DNA of 63,072 bases, filler included. It is 5 parts of 5 records of this genome, joined end to end, with 100 filler letters (N's around TTAATTAATTAA, not from the genome) between each part and the next. Parts side by side here need not be neighbours in the genome. Positions count along the whole stretch, not along the records: positions 1 to 19,662 come from SRR2962707_469; positions 19,763 to 29,214 come from SRR2962707_474; 3 more parts are not named here. One strand, given 5' to 3'. Below the pieces are notes generated by a model that had not been told where the DNA came from, searched no databases, and was given only the letters and a program-made list of their open reading frames with translations. This document shows positions 10,589 to 19,801 of this stretch, piece by piece. The translations under genes and the position numbers were made by a program. The first letter of the stretch is position 1, and each line of letters opens with the position of its first letter.

Positions 10589-10957
10589 TCAGATCGGCAT
10601 ATTCATGATGTCTTCATAGGCGCGCACGACCCGGTTACGCACCTGGGTCAGAGCCTCAAAAGACACGGAAGATTTCTGCGCAGCAATCATTACCCGGGTA
10701 ATGTCCACGTTTGGATCGCCCATTTCGTAGGCCGTCCTGAGTTCACTGGCCTGACTCTGGACCTCGTGTACATTGTTGACGGCCTTGCCCAGCATATCGC
10801 TGAAGCTGGGAACTTCCTGGGTTTCCTGAACCTGTCGTGGGCCATCGATGCGGCCACGTACGGACTGATCCTGTTCAATCCTCTGGTTCTGCATCATCTG
10901 GGTACGCAGATTCCGGATCTCAGACAGAACATTATTTATGTCGGCACGTTGAACCAT
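10589..10957 (-). CDS. fliE: Flagellar hook-basal body protein FliE
   Basis: C-terminal VMIAAQKSSVSFEALTQVRNRVVRAYEDIMNMPI. The ATG at 10957 is chosen because the ORF-track start lies upstream of the sigma-54 promoter. Confidence 0.94.
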   Translation of the reverse strand: MVQRADINNVLSEIRNLRTQMMQNQRIEQDQSVRGRIDGPRQVQETQEVPSFSDMLGKAVNNVHEVQSQASELRTAYEMGDPNVDITRVMIAAQKSSVSFEALTQVRNRVVRAYEDIMNMPI

Positions 10958-11015
10958 CACTCTCTCCCGGCGGCCCTGTCGGGCCTGTACTTGTTGCTGA
11001 CTCAAATGAACTGGA

Positions 11016-11031
11016 AGCAAGCAACAGGCCA
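11016..11031 (-). promoter_or_regulatory. Sigma-54 promoter for the fliE operon
   Basis: Minus strand TGGCCTGTTGCTTGCT (GG-N10-GC), about 60 nt upstream of fliE. Confidence 0.75.
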
Positions 11032-11095
11032 GAAACATTTAAACGTTTTATTTCAACGGGTTAATAAAGAATTTAACAGTGGAAGGCGTCTACGT

Positions 11096-11109
11096 GACAA
11101 AGAATTGAC
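11096..11109. promoter_or_regulatory. Candidate FleQ enhancer box
   Basis: GACAAAGAATTGAC, 11/14 match to the pseudomonad FleQ consensus GTCAATAAATTGAC, about 65 nt upstream of the fliE sigma-54 promoter. Confidence 0.45.
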
Positions 11110-11150
11110 AGGAGTGAAACCAGAGCGAAAAGGAGACCAGGCAGGCGGGC

Positions 11151-11176
11151 AAAAAAACGGCACCCCGAAGGGTGCC
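11151..11176 (-). terminator. Rho-independent terminator after fleR
   Basis: Minus strand GGCACCC-TTCG-GGGTGCC hairpin followed by G and 7 T. Confidence 0.85.
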
Positions 11177-11211
11177 CGAAGGAGTATAAGGTCGACAACA
11201 AAGGCCCTGAC

Positions 11212-12657
11212 TCAGGCCATGGCCAGCTCCGCATCAAGATCGATACCGGCATCTCGCATCTGGGCCAGTTTGTAACGAAGCGTTCGCGGGCTGATGCCCA
11301 ACTGCTCCGCTGCCCGGTTGCGCCTGCCACGCTCTTTCTTGAGGGTCTGGATAATAATACGGAACTCCTGTTGGCGCAGATCATCTCCGAGTGAGCCAAT
11401 CGCCTCATCAGCCGCTGAATCCGCTTCCAGCCCCGCCTCGGGGTCTGGCAAGTCGGCCGCTGGGACCTCAATGGATCTGGCGGAAATGGCCGGCTCGGCG
11501 GGAGCACCAAAGTCAGCGGCACCGGTAATCCCAAGCTCCAGACAAAGATCGCCGGCGTGGATTACATTACCCTGATGCAACACCAGCGCCCGCTGAATGG
11601 CATTGTCCAGTTCCCGGACATTACCCGGCCAGGCATGAGCCATCAGTGCCTTACGGGCATCCTCGGCCAGGGTGATGCCGGTCAGCTTCATCTTGCGGCA
11701 ATGCTTTTTCAACAGTGAACGGGCGAGGGGCAGAATATCCAGCGGCCGCTCCCGCAGGGGCTGCCACCGCATCGGGAACACCGTCAATCGATAATAAAGG
11801 TCTTCGCGGAACTTGCCCTCGCGCACGTAGTCCGCCAGATCACGGTTTGTGGTCGCCAGCACACGAACATCCAGCTGAATGGTCTTGCGACCACCGACGC
11901 GCTCCACTTCCCGCTCCTGCAACACTCGCAGCAGCTTGGACTGCAAACCAAGATCCATTTCGGAAATCTCGTCCAGCAGGATGGTTCCGCCATTGGCCTG
12001 CTCGAATTTACCTGGGGAGGCTGCAACGGCACCCGTGAATGCACCTTTCTCGTGACCGAACAGAATGGCTTCCAGCATATTCTCCGGAATAGCGGCACAG
12101 TTGATCGCGACAAACGGCTCATCCGCTCGGGGTGACTGCTGATGGATATAGCGGGCCAACACTTCTTTACCGGTACCACTCTCACCGGAAATCATCACTG
12201 TGGAATCACTGGCCGCCACTTTCGCGGCCAACTGGAACATGCGTTTGCTGACCGGATCCTCAGCCACCGGCTCATCGCCAGCCTTCTGGCGGCTTCCGCC
12301 CACGACCCGACTGACCGCTTCCACCAGAACCTGAGGCTCAAACGGCTTGACCAGATAATCGATGGCACCGGATTGCATGGCAGACACCGCGTGGCTGATC
12401 TGGCCGTACGCGGTAATCAGCATCATGGGCAGCCCCGGATACAAGCGCTGAACTTCCGCCAACAACTCATGGCCGGACATGCCGGGCATATTGACATCGC
12501 TGACCACCATATCGACCGGCGCCCGGGCCAGGCTTGCCAGCGCATCTTCAGCGCTGGCCGCTTCCCGCACCTGGAATTTCGCCAGTTCCAGCGTCGTCAC
12601 CAAAGCTTCGCGCAGGTCGTGGTCATCTTCCACAATCAGAATCTGGGCCTTTGCCAT
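11212..12657 (-). CDS. fleR: Sigma-54-dependent response regulator FleR
   Basis: Receiver domain, AAA+ domain ([19 protein letters not shown]) and C-terminal HTH ([16 protein letters not shown]); downstream of fleS. Confidence 0.92.
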   Translation of the reverse strand: MAKAQILIVEDDHDLREALVTTLELAKFQVREAASAEDALASLARAPVDMVVSDVNMPGMSGHELLAEVQRLYPGLPMMLITAYGQISHAVSAMQSGAIDYLVKPFEPQVLVEAVSRVVGGSRQKAGDEPVAEDPVSKRMFQLAAKVAASDSTVMISGESGTGKEVLARYIHQQSPRADEPFVAINCAAIPENMLEAILFGHEKGAFTGAVAASPGKFEQANGGTILLDEISEMDLGLQSKLLRVLQEREVERVGGRKTIQLDVRVLATTNRDLADYVREGKFREDLYYRLTVFPMRWQPLRERPLDILPLARSLLKKHCRKMKLTGITLAEDARKALMAHAWPGNVRELDNAIQRALVLHQGNVIHAGDLCLELGITGAADFGAPAEPAISARSIEVPAADLPDPEAGLEADSAADEAIGSLGDDLRQQEFRIIIQTLKKERGRRNRAAEQLGISPRTLRYKLAQMRDAGIDLDAELAMA

Positions 12658-12680
12658 GCTATGCACCTCCAACCTGTTCT

Positions 12681-13916
12681 TTAAAACCGGGCTGTCAGAA
12701 TCGGCAGCCGAACTATCGCGTCGGCACCTTGCTGTCCGGGGGATGAAATCGAAAACTCGCCCTGATGGGCCTTGACCACAGCCTGCACCACGGCCAGCCC
12801 GAGGCCGGTGCCATGGGACTTGGTGGTGTAGAAGGCTTCCATAATCCGACCTGCCTCGCCAGGCTCGAACCCGGGCCCATTATCGGAAACCCGGATCTCC
12901 AGGCGGCCGGAGGTGGCGGAAACAACGATTGAAACGTCGGCGGCCCCCGCCTCCAGACTGTTATTCACAAGATTGGTACAGGCGCCGACCAGGGCATCGC
13001 GATTGCACATCAGCCGGCAAGGCGTCTGCACCTGGTTGTCCAGGGCCACCTGCACACCTGGCGCAAGCTTGAGCCCATCCACAGCAGACTCCAGCGCTTC
13101 CACCAGTCGCGACGAATCCAGCTCTTCCGCCAGTCGGGTTTCGCCCCGGGCGAAGATCAACATGTCGCGAACCTGCTGTTCCAGATGGGTGAGGCGGGAC
13201 ATCAGCCGGGAGGCGCAACGTTGACGTAGCTCCTCATCGAGATCCGGCTGGCTCAGATGGCCACCATAGAGAATGGCAGCAGACAGCGGTGTGCGAATCT
13301 GGTGGGCCAGGGAGGCAACCATCTTGCCCATGGCAGAGAGGCGCTGGGCATGAGCCAGTTGCGACTGGAGCTGGCGCGTTTCAGTCAGATCGGTCAGCAG
13401 GATCAACTGACCCGGCTGATTCTCCATGGTACGGATCTCAATGCTGACCCGTCGACCATCCTTCAGGGACACCTCATGGCCATCATCGTTACGGGGTGCG
13501 AAACAGCGGCGGATAACGTCAATCCAGCGCTCGCCCTCCAGCGGCTCGCCCAGCAAGGCAATGGCGGCCGGGTTGCTCTGGCTGACAGTACCATGTTTGT
13601 CCAGCACCACCACGCCCGCAGGCAAAGCATTGAGCAAGGTAGACAGGCGATCTGCCAGCTGCTCTTTCTGCTCCAGCTCCTGCTGGCGCTGTCGCGATTC
13701 ATAAGACAGCTCACCGGACAGCTGGTTCACCCGAGACTCGAGTGTGCGATAGGAATCGGTAATCTGGCGAGACATGCGATTGAACAGTTCCAGCGCAGAA
13801 TCTACAGCCTCATCGTCCTGCTGTGGAAACAGTGCTGTCACCTTGTCGTTGACATCAGCCGCAGCGTTGGCATCCGGCTGGTGGCGGGACTCCATAACGA
13901 CATGTGCGTGGCTCAT
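12681..13916 (-). CDS. fleS: PAS sensor histidine kinase FleS
   Basis: PAS region, H-box LAHQIRTPL, N-box NLVNNSLEA and G-boxes DNGPG and GTGLGL. Start codon uncertain (13916 or 13952). Confidence 0.92.
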   Translation of the reverse strand: MSHAHVVMESRHQPDANAAADVNDKVTALFPQQDDEAVDSALELFNRMSRQITDSYRTLESRVNQLSGELSYESRQRQQELEQKEQLADRLSTLLNALPAGVVVLDKHGTVSQSNPAAIALLGEPLEGERWIDVIRRCFAPRNDDGHEVSLKDGRRVSIEIRTMENQPGQLILLTDLTETRQLQSQLAHAQRLSAMGKMVASLAHQIRTPLSAAILYGGHLSQPDLDEELRQRCASRLMSRLTHLEQQVRDMLIFARGETRLAEELDSSRLVEALESAVDGLKLAPGVQVALDNQVQTPCRLMCNRDALVGACTNLVNNSLEAGAADVSIVVSATSGRLEIRVSDNGPGFEPGEAGRIMEAFYTTKSHGTGLGLAVVQAVVKAHQGEFSISSPGQQGADAIVRLPILTARF

Positions 13917-13974
13917 AACCTTTCCCCCTGACAGGCCCGGCGGGGCCATCAATACTTTTGTTCGGAAAGGTTAA

Positions 13975-13990
13975 AGCTAACAGCGTGCCA
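13975..13990 (-). promoter_or_regulatory. Sigma-54 promoter for fleSR
   Basis: Minus strand TGGCAC-GCTGT-TAGCT (GG-N10-GC, one mismatch in the -12 element). Confidence 0.75.
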
Positions 13991-14129
13991 ATTAGTATTT
14001 ATTGTTTATTTTCAAATAGTAACGAAACCAACGATACCCGGGGTGACGGATTACCGTCGGCCAGAAACAACAATGGCGTCGCAGGTTACAAACCTTTGAC
14101 GCCACCTTTTACCGGCAACCCCGGTGTCA

Positions 14130-15578
14130 TCAGGCTTCTTCTGAGTCGTCCCTCAGACCATACTTTCGCACTTTCTCCACCAGCGTAGTGCGCCGTATCC
14201 GCAGCTTCTCGGCAGCGCGGGCTACTACGCCGCTGGCTTCATCAAGAGCCTGCTGAATCAACTGCTTTTCAAGATTGGAGAGATAATCCTTCAGATCAAT
14301 GCCGTTCACCGGCAGCAACGCTGGCGCATCCAGCCCCACCAGGCCTGGTATGGAAGAGGGCATACCGGAATCCTCTACCGGGCGATTCTCGTCATAATCA
14401 TCCACATAGCGGAACTTCTTCGGCAATTCCTGCACTCCGATCACGCCATAGGGATGCATGATGGCAAGACGCTCCACCAGGTTAGCCAGCTCACGGACAT
14501 TGCCCGGCCAATCATGACGACACAGGCTCATGATGGCCGCCGAGTTCATCCGCAATGAACCACGCTTCTCTTTTTCCATCCGGGAAATCAGCTCGTTGAT
14601 CAACAGTGGAATGTCTTCGACTCGCTCCCGGAGTGCCGGCATTTCGATGGGGAACACGTTCAGCCGGTAGTACAGATCCTCCCGGAAATCACCGGATTCA
14701 ATCATGTCCTCAAGATGCTTGTGGGTCGCCGCAATCACCCGTACGTCAGCGGTCTGGGTGCGGTTACTGCCCACTTTTTCAAAGGTGCGTTCCTGCAGTA
14801 CCCGCAGTATCTTCACCTGCATGTTCAGGGGCATATCGCCAATTTCATCCAGGAACAAGGTGCCGCCTTCCGCCATCTCAAAGCGCCCTACCCTCGCCGT
14901 AATGGCACCGGTAAACGCGCCTTTCTCATGGCCAAAGAGCTCGCTCTCCAGCAGCTCTGCCGGAATAGCACCACAGTTCACCGGCACGAAGGGCTTATCG
15001 CGGCGGGAAGAATGGTAATGCAGATTGCGAGCAACTACTTCCTTCCCAGTACCGGACTCTCCGGTAATCAGCACGCTCACATCCTTGTCGGCCACCTGCT
15101 CCATCAACTGGCGCACTTGCTGGACTTTACGACTGGTTCCCACAAGGCTGCGGAACAGCTGCACACCACGCTGCTGGCCGCGCTGCTGGTTGCGGCTGAA
15201 CTGGTCCCGATAGATCTGTGCGCGGTACAGGGAATCCACGAACTTGGTGTAGTTCAGCGGCCATTCCATCCGCGCAATCACTCGTGCCGCATCGTCCTCT
15301 GACAAACCCTTGAGCTCAGGGTCGCCAACCAACAACACTGGTACACCGGTCATGGCCCGGCACACCTGCTCTATGGCGGAACAGGCGCCGGATTCGGTGC
15401 CGTTGACGACCGCTACCGAAACACTATCCCAGGCCTGATCATCGTCACTCGCCAAAAGCGCCAAAGCCTCGTCGCCGGAAATCACTTGCTCTTCACCGAC
15501 AAACTCCAGAATGGTGACCAGATCTCGCCGTCTGGTTTCATCCTCACTCAGCACCAGCACTTTGTTATTTTTGGACAT
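14130..15578 (-). CDS. fleQ: Flagellar master regulator FleQ (sigma-54 activator)
   Basis: Atypical receiver-like N-terminus, LFRS and ExxxR c-di-GMP-associated motifs, [14 protein letters not shown] and [16 protein letters not shown]. Confidence 0.94.
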   Translation of the reverse strand: MSKNNKVLVLSEDETRRRDLVTILEFVGEEQVISGDEALALLASDDDQAWDSVSVAVVNGTESGACSAIEQVCRAMTGVPVLLVGDPELKGLSEDDAARVIARMEWPLNYTKFVDSLYRAQIYRDQFSRNQQRGQQRGVQLFRSLVGTSRKVQQVRQLMEQVADKDVSVLITGESGTGKEVVARNLHYHSSRRDKPFVPVNCGAIPAELLESELFGHEKGAFTGAITARVGRFEMAEGGTLFLDEIGDMPLNMQVKILRVLQERTFEKVGSNRTQTADVRVIAATHKHLEDMIESGDFREDLYYRLNVFPIEMPALRERVEDIPLLINELISRMEKEKRGSLRMNSAAIMSLCRHDWPGNVRELANLVERLAIMHPYGVIGVQELPKKFRYVDDYDENRPVEDSGMPSSIPGLVGLDAPALLPVNGIDLKDYLSNLEKQLIQQALDEASGVVARAAEKLRIRRTTLVEKVRKYGLRDDSEEA

Positions 15579-15633
15579 TCACAGGAATCTCTTCATGGAT
15601 TTGTGCGGTATTTAAGACCGTATGTCGGCCCGA

Positions 15634-15647
15634 GTCAATTTTATGAC
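15634..15647. promoter_or_regulatory. Candidate FleQ box upstream of fleQ
   Basis: GTCAATTTTATGAC (GTCA-N6-TGAC) about 55 nt upstream of the fleQ ATG. Confidence 0.5.
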
Positions 15648-15648
15648 G

Positions 15649-15978
15649 CTATCTTTGACGATTCGAGGAGACGTTCTGATAGGTTTTGGCGGCGTTACGG
15701 TTCTGGCTGACCCCCTTCAATGAGGCTTTCGCCTCGTCGCGGGCCTTCACAGCGGCGGCATCGGCCTCGGCCACAAAACGATTCAGCGCTTCCAGTCGCT
15801 CTCGCACCAGTGTGGCATCAAGGCGGCCCTTCTCGAGCTCAGCCATCAACGGTTCCACCGTCGGTCGAACCCGGGAATTAAGCTGGCCCAATCGTTCCCA
15901 ATCCTGGTTGTCCAGGGCCAGGGTTAATTCGTCTTGAAGCTGATCCAGATCGGAAAGGAGGTTTTCAGGGTTGGCCAT
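15649..15978 (-). CDS. Small helical protein, FliT-like flagellar chaperone (tentative)
   Basis: 109 aa; ALDNQDWERLGQLN N-terminal motif and a C-terminal NAAKTYQ, both reminiscent of FliT; upstream of fleQ. Confidence 0.55.
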   Translation of the reverse strand: MANPENLLSDLDQLQDELTLALDNQDWERLGQLNSRVRPTVEPLMAELEKGRLDATLVRERLEALNRFVAEADAAAVKARDEAKASLKGVSQNRNAAKTYQNVSSNRQR

Positions 15979-16019
15979 CAGCAATCTCCATGGTCTGCGG
16001 GACAGACTGGCCAACGAAA

Positions 16020-16045
16020 GGGCGCCACCGGAAACGATGGCGCCC
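16020..16045 (-). terminator. Stem-loop downstream of the DUF1329-like gene
   Basis: GGGCGCCA...TGGCGCCC 8-bp stem followed by a short TTTCGTT tail on the minus strand. Confidence 0.45.
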
Positions 16046-16058
16046 CGCAAGCGGACGG

Positions 16059-17417
16059 TTAACGCCGTGCAGCGCGACGGGCCGCAGAGGCGGTAAACTC
16101 GTTACCACGATACCCCGGCGCGAAATCATAGGCGGGGTAACCATTGTCCAGACCATCAATGTAATAACGATTTGCCTTCAGATCATACGTCATTTCCATG
16201 GTGGTCCAGAAGACCGGCTCGCTGTAGTAGCTGATATTGTGAGCCTCGGAAACGCGCCATAGCTCGCCCTTCTCGTTGTACTCCTCAGAGACCAGAATCT
16301 GCCAGCTATCTTCGTCAATGTAGAACACACGGCGCTCGTAAATATGGCCGATACCGGTACGACGCTTGGCCTCTACCACCCACACCCGATGCAGCTCATA
16401 GCGAGCAAGACTCTGGTTGATGTGGTTGGGGCGGATGACATCCTCAGGGCGAACACTGGAATCGTGAAGCTTGTATCCGTTGTAGGGAACCAGCAGCTCC
16501 CGTTTACCTTTGAGTTCCCAGTCATACTGGTTTGGAGCGCCGTTATACATATCTTTCTGGTCTACCGAACGCAGAGAGGACGAATTCGGCAGGTCTGTCT
16601 CGTAGGCCAGGTTCGGAGAACGGCGCAGGCGTCGGGAACCGGCGTCATAACGCCATGCAAGGCGAGGTGAACGAACCTGGTCCAGAGTCTCGTGCACCAG
16701 GGTGATGGTGCCCGCCAACGTGGTCGGGGCGATAGTCTCTGTTTTCAGGTAGAAGATCTTGTTGTCGATATCGGCAAGATCCGCGCCTACCTGACTGTAC
16801 GCGAAGAAATAATCGTAGTGGTTGACCACCGGGTTGAAAGAACCGTCTTCCTGAGGAGTGGCTGAAGCACTTCGGAAGGACACTTCCTCACCGCGATACC
16901 GGAGAATGTGGTTCCAGATCGCTTCCAGACCATTCTTCGGAATGGGGAACGGGCTGGTCATGATGGTGTCTCTTACCCCGTTACCATTATCCAAAAGCTC
17001 GGCGGTCAGGGCATTCTGGCGAAACTTCTCGTATACATGTTCGGGAAACGCCGCTGTCCGACGTGTTTCATACACCGGCATGAAAAATGCCGGGCCATAT
17101 TGCTCCAGCATCCGGATGTGGCCGTCCGACAACTTGTCCCGGTAAAGATCCAGGTTATCCCCTGTCACCACATACAGGGCGTCATCGCCAGGGAACGGAT
17201 TGATTTCTACAGAACCCTCGCGCCAATTCCCCGGTGGCGTGGCAAGCCCGCCATCCCAGGCTGGAATGGTGCCCGCCGCGTTGCCCGCGCGTTCGGCACC
17301 AACCGGTGTCAGCTCATTGTTCAGGCGCGCGGCTTCAGCCTGTGTTACCTTTGCCAGCAGCGGACTGGACGCCCCCATAACAGCAACTGCGATGGCAGCA
17401 ATTAATCGGTTTCGCAT
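16059..17417 (-). CDS. Exported DUF1329-family protein
   Basis: Signal peptide then LTPVGAERAGNAAGTIPAWDGG, PFPIPKNGLEAIWNH, RYELHRVWVVEA and YIDEDSW; GGAGG RBS before ATG 17417. Confidence 0.85.
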   Translation of the reverse strand: MRNRLIAAIAVAVMGASSPLLAKVTQAEAARLNNELTPVGAERAGNAAGTIPAWDGGLATPPGNWREGSVEINPFPGDDALYVVTGDNLDLYRDKLSDGHIRMLEQYGPAFFMPVYETRRTAAFPEHVYEKFRQNALTAELLDNGNGVRDTIMTSPFPIPKNGLEAIWNHILRYRGEEVSFRSASATPQEDGSFNPVVNHYDYFFAYSQVGADLADIDNKIFYLKTETIAPTTLAGTITLVHETLDQVRSPRLAWRYDAGSRRLRRSPNLAYETDLPNSSSLRSVDQKDMYNGAPNQYDWELKGKRELLVPYNGYKLHDSSVRPEDVIRPNHINQSLARYELHRVWVVEAKRRTGIGHIYERRVFYIDEDSWQILVSEEYNEKGELWRVSEAHNISYYSEPVFWTTMEMTYDLKANRYYIDGLDNGYPAYDFAPGYRGNEFTASAARRAARR

Positions 17418-17636
17418 CCTCAACCTCCAGCGTGAGTCACATGAGTGGTCAATACTCACCCAATCTGACGCTCTTTTTGCCAGTTTCAAACGCCCGTTTC
17501 AAGTGGTTGTTTGTAGTTTCTTGTGACAAGAGCATTTCTACAAAGCGGATAGAACGAGAAATAAACAGCCAAAAATGATAAACTCCCAAAGTTTTACCGG
17601 CCCTGTTTCTCTGATTTTTCGTTCGCAGGTTTCCTC

Positions 17637-18119
17637 ATGGCATCTCAATGGCATTCTCTGGTTTCGCAAAAGCTGTTTCTGGCGAAAACGTTACTAATCC
17701 GGGTTGAGCAAGACGAAGCAGCGACTGCGCCAGAACGAGAAGCCCAACTGCAAGGTGCCATTGAGTTATTGCTGCGGGCTCGAGAACTCCTGCTGGTAAT
17801 GATTGCCCGATGCCACCAGAACAAAGTCGACAGACCGGCCTCCATCGACGAGCTGGAGGCGCTGTTTCCCTATGCGATTGCGGAAGGCGGGATGTTGAAG
17901 GAACTGGCTGAAACACCAGGCAGCTGGTGGCAACAGCTGAATCAGTTGGAGACTGCCGCTGGAGAACCGCCCAAGACACGGAAAACCGTGACGGAAGAAA
18001 ACATCATTGCGGTCTCGGCAGATCAGGGGCCAGATCGGTCCGTTCAGGCTCTGAACAAGATACTGGCTGCCATGACCGTATTGACCAGAGAGATAGACGA
18101 GCAACACAGCGAGTGGTAA
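17637..18119 (+). CDS. Conserved hypothetical protein (DUF6586-like, usually near lexA-sulA)
   Basis: QKLFLAKTLL and GSWWQQL motifs; position next to sulA/lexA. Family name recalled, not searched. Confidence 0.65.
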   Translation: MASQWHSLVSQKLFLAKTLLIRVEQDEAATAPEREAQLQGAIELLLRARELLLVMIARCHQNKVDRPASIDELEALFPYAIAEGGMLKELAETPGSWWQQLNQLETAAGEPPKTRKTVTEENIIAVSADQGPDRSVQALNKILAAMTVLTREIDEQHSEW

Positions 18120-18176
18120 TCCGCCTGCCGGAGCCAATCCATTAACATACGCTGACAGCAGATATAGGTTGAATGA

Positions 18177-18437
18177 ATGTCACCTTCTTTTTTTGAAATT
18201 GTACAACTCGCCGACGGCGACTATGCGCTTCGCCGGATTGATGATGACGCAGCTCCACTTGTGCGCATCTCATTCTCGGATGAAGCCAGAGAAATGCTGG
18301 AAGACAGGGAAATGAACGTCGCCAAGGCGATGATTGCCGCTGGCATTGAGGCCGCTGGCAACATCAGCCACGACATTGACTGGGAAGAGGACGAAAGCGA
18401 GTTCGCCGACAATCAGCCCCACTACACCTTGCACTGA
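18177..18437 (+). CDS. Conserved small hypothetical protein
   Basis: SFFEIVQLADGDYALRR...VAKAMIAAG and an acidic C-terminus ending TLH; clean ORF convergent with sulA. Confidence 0.7.
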   Translation: MSPSFFEIVQLADGDYALRRIDDDAAPLVRISFSDEAREMLEDREMNVAKAMIAAGIEAAGNISHDIDWEEDESEFADNQPHYTLH

Positions 18438-18444
18438 GCACCCG

Positions 18445-18939
18445 TTATCTCTGGCGCAACACCACACCGTGGCTATTGCCCTTGGCTGATGCCTTTTGCA
18501 AGGATTCCAGCGCTGCACGGCCCAGCTTGTGAGTCCAGAGCACAACGGCATGGCAGGTTCCTGCGCCCAGTGCCCGCTCAGCCAGCTCTTGAGCCGGGAA
18601 TTCTGTCGTTGACCGCAACACCAGAATCTCACTGGCCACAATGCCGTGCATTTTCTGCCACTTGGCCACCAGGGACTGGGGAGGATCAATCCACGCCAGC
18701 CAACGTTTCTCCTGGTTGAGTTGTGTGAGCATTGGCAGTAGCAACTGGAAATTCTCCACCTGCTCCTCCGGAAGAATAATCTCGGTAACATTGCCACCGA
18801 AGCCAGACGCTGAACGTCGCTCCGAACCGGACGCTGTCGCCCTGGCCGCCGGCGCCTTTGGGCCAGAGGAAACCGCGCCAGCCGCAACAACAGCTGCCGG
18901 CTGAAATGCCATGTTCTGAGTGAAGCTCAACTGTTCCAT
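18445..18939 (-). CDS. sulA: SOS cell-division inhibitor SulA-like protein
   Basis: LLLPMLTQL...RWLAWIDPPQ...ALGAGTCHAVVLW; directly downstream of lexA. Confidence 0.82.
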   Translation of the reverse strand: MEQLSFTQNMAFQPAAVVAAGAVSSGPKAPAARATASGSERRSASGFGGNVTEIILPEEQVENFQLLLPMLTQLNQEKRWLAWIDPPQSLVAKWQKMHGIVASEILVLRSTTEFPAQELAERALGAGTCHAVVLWTHKLGRAALESLQKASAKGNSHGVVLRQR

Positions 18940-18978
18940 TACTCACCTACCTGCGCCATGCGCTGCCGAATACGGTAC

Positions 18979-19587
18979 TCAGTGAAGATCGGAGCGGCGG
19001 ATAACGCCTACGCCGAGACCTTCAATAAACAATTCCTGCTCCGTAAGATCGACCTCAATCGGAGCAAACTCCTCATTCTCTGCAATCAGCCAGACCTTGT
19101 TGCCTTCCCTGCGGAAACGCTTGACGGTGACCTCCTCTCCGACACGAGCGACAACGATCTGACCGTTATGGACATCCTGGGTACTGTGCACCGCCAGTAA
19201 ATCACCATCCAGAATCCCGATGTCTTTCATGCTCATCCCCCGTACCCGCAAAAGGTAATCTGCTGAAGGAGAGAAGAAGCCCGGCTGCAGCGTGCAGTGA
19301 TCTTCAATATGCTCCTGCGCCAGAATCGGGCTACCGGCGGCAACCTGCCCGATGACAGGGAGGCCCAGATCTTCTTCGGCCTCCGGCAGGCGAATGCCCC
19401 GGCTGGCTCCCGGGACCATCTCGATGGCGCCTTTCCTTGCCAGAGCCCTCAGATGTTCTTCCGCCGCGTTGGCGGAACGGAATCCCAGCTCTGCGGCAAT
19501 TTCAGCCCTGGTGGGCGGGTAGCCGGTTTCATCCACGTAACGTCGGATAATGTCCAGCACCTGGGATTGTCTTGCAGTCAGTTTCAT
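18979..19587 (-). CDS. lexA: SOS transcriptional repressor LexA
   Basis: [17 protein letters not shown], cleavage site VAAG and catalytic GMSM (Ser) and TVKR (Lys). Confidence 0.98.
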   Translation of the reverse strand: MKLTARQSQVLDIIRRYVDETGYPPTRAEIAAELGFRSANAAEEHLRALARKGAIEMVPGASRGIRLPEAEEDLGLPVIGQVAAGSPILAQEHIEDHCTLQPGFFSPSADYLLRVRGMSMKDIGILDGDLLAVHSTQDVHNGQIVVARVGEEVTVKRFRREGNKVWLIAENEEFAPIEVDLTEQELFIEGLGVGVIRRSDLH

Positions 19588-19611
19588 CAGTCGGGCTCCG
19601 GAATTTCGATC

Positions 19612-19627
19612 CTGTTTTTTTATACAG
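19612..19627. promoter_or_regulatory. LexA operator (SOS box)
   Basis: Minus strand CTGTATAAAAAAACAG = CTG-N10-CAG, 25 nt upstream of lexA. Confidence 0.88.
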
Positions 19628-19662
19628 TGAACTGACTATATACAGTGTTTTATCCAGTGTAA

Positions 19663-19762
19663 NNNNNNNNNNNNNNNNNNNNNNNNNNNNNNNNNNNNNN
19701 NNNNNNTTAATTAATTAANNNNNNNNNNNNNNNNNNNNNNNNNNNNNNNNNNNNNNNNNNNN
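19663..19762. other. Artificial contig spacer
   Basis: 44 N + TTAATTAATTAA (stops in all six frames) + 44 N. Confidence 0.99.
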
Positions 19763-19789
19763 GCAGCAGCAGCAGCAGCAGCAGCAGCA
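19763..19789 (+). repeat. (GCA)n microsatellite at contig start
   Basis: Nine GCA units, in frame (poly-Ala) with the TERT ATG at 19802. Confidence 0.9.
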
Positions 19790-19801
19790 GTTCATCGAGC
19801 C

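Noticed and set aside
10058-11275. 405-aa plus-strand ORF opposite fliF/fliE
   Set aside because: Antisense to well-supported genes and crosses a promoter and terminator; no domain signal.
19707-19718. TTAATTAATTAA palindrome repeated four times as a biological site or CRISPR-like repeat
   Set aside because: Always centred in exactly 44+44 N; it is a standard six-frame-stop contig linker.
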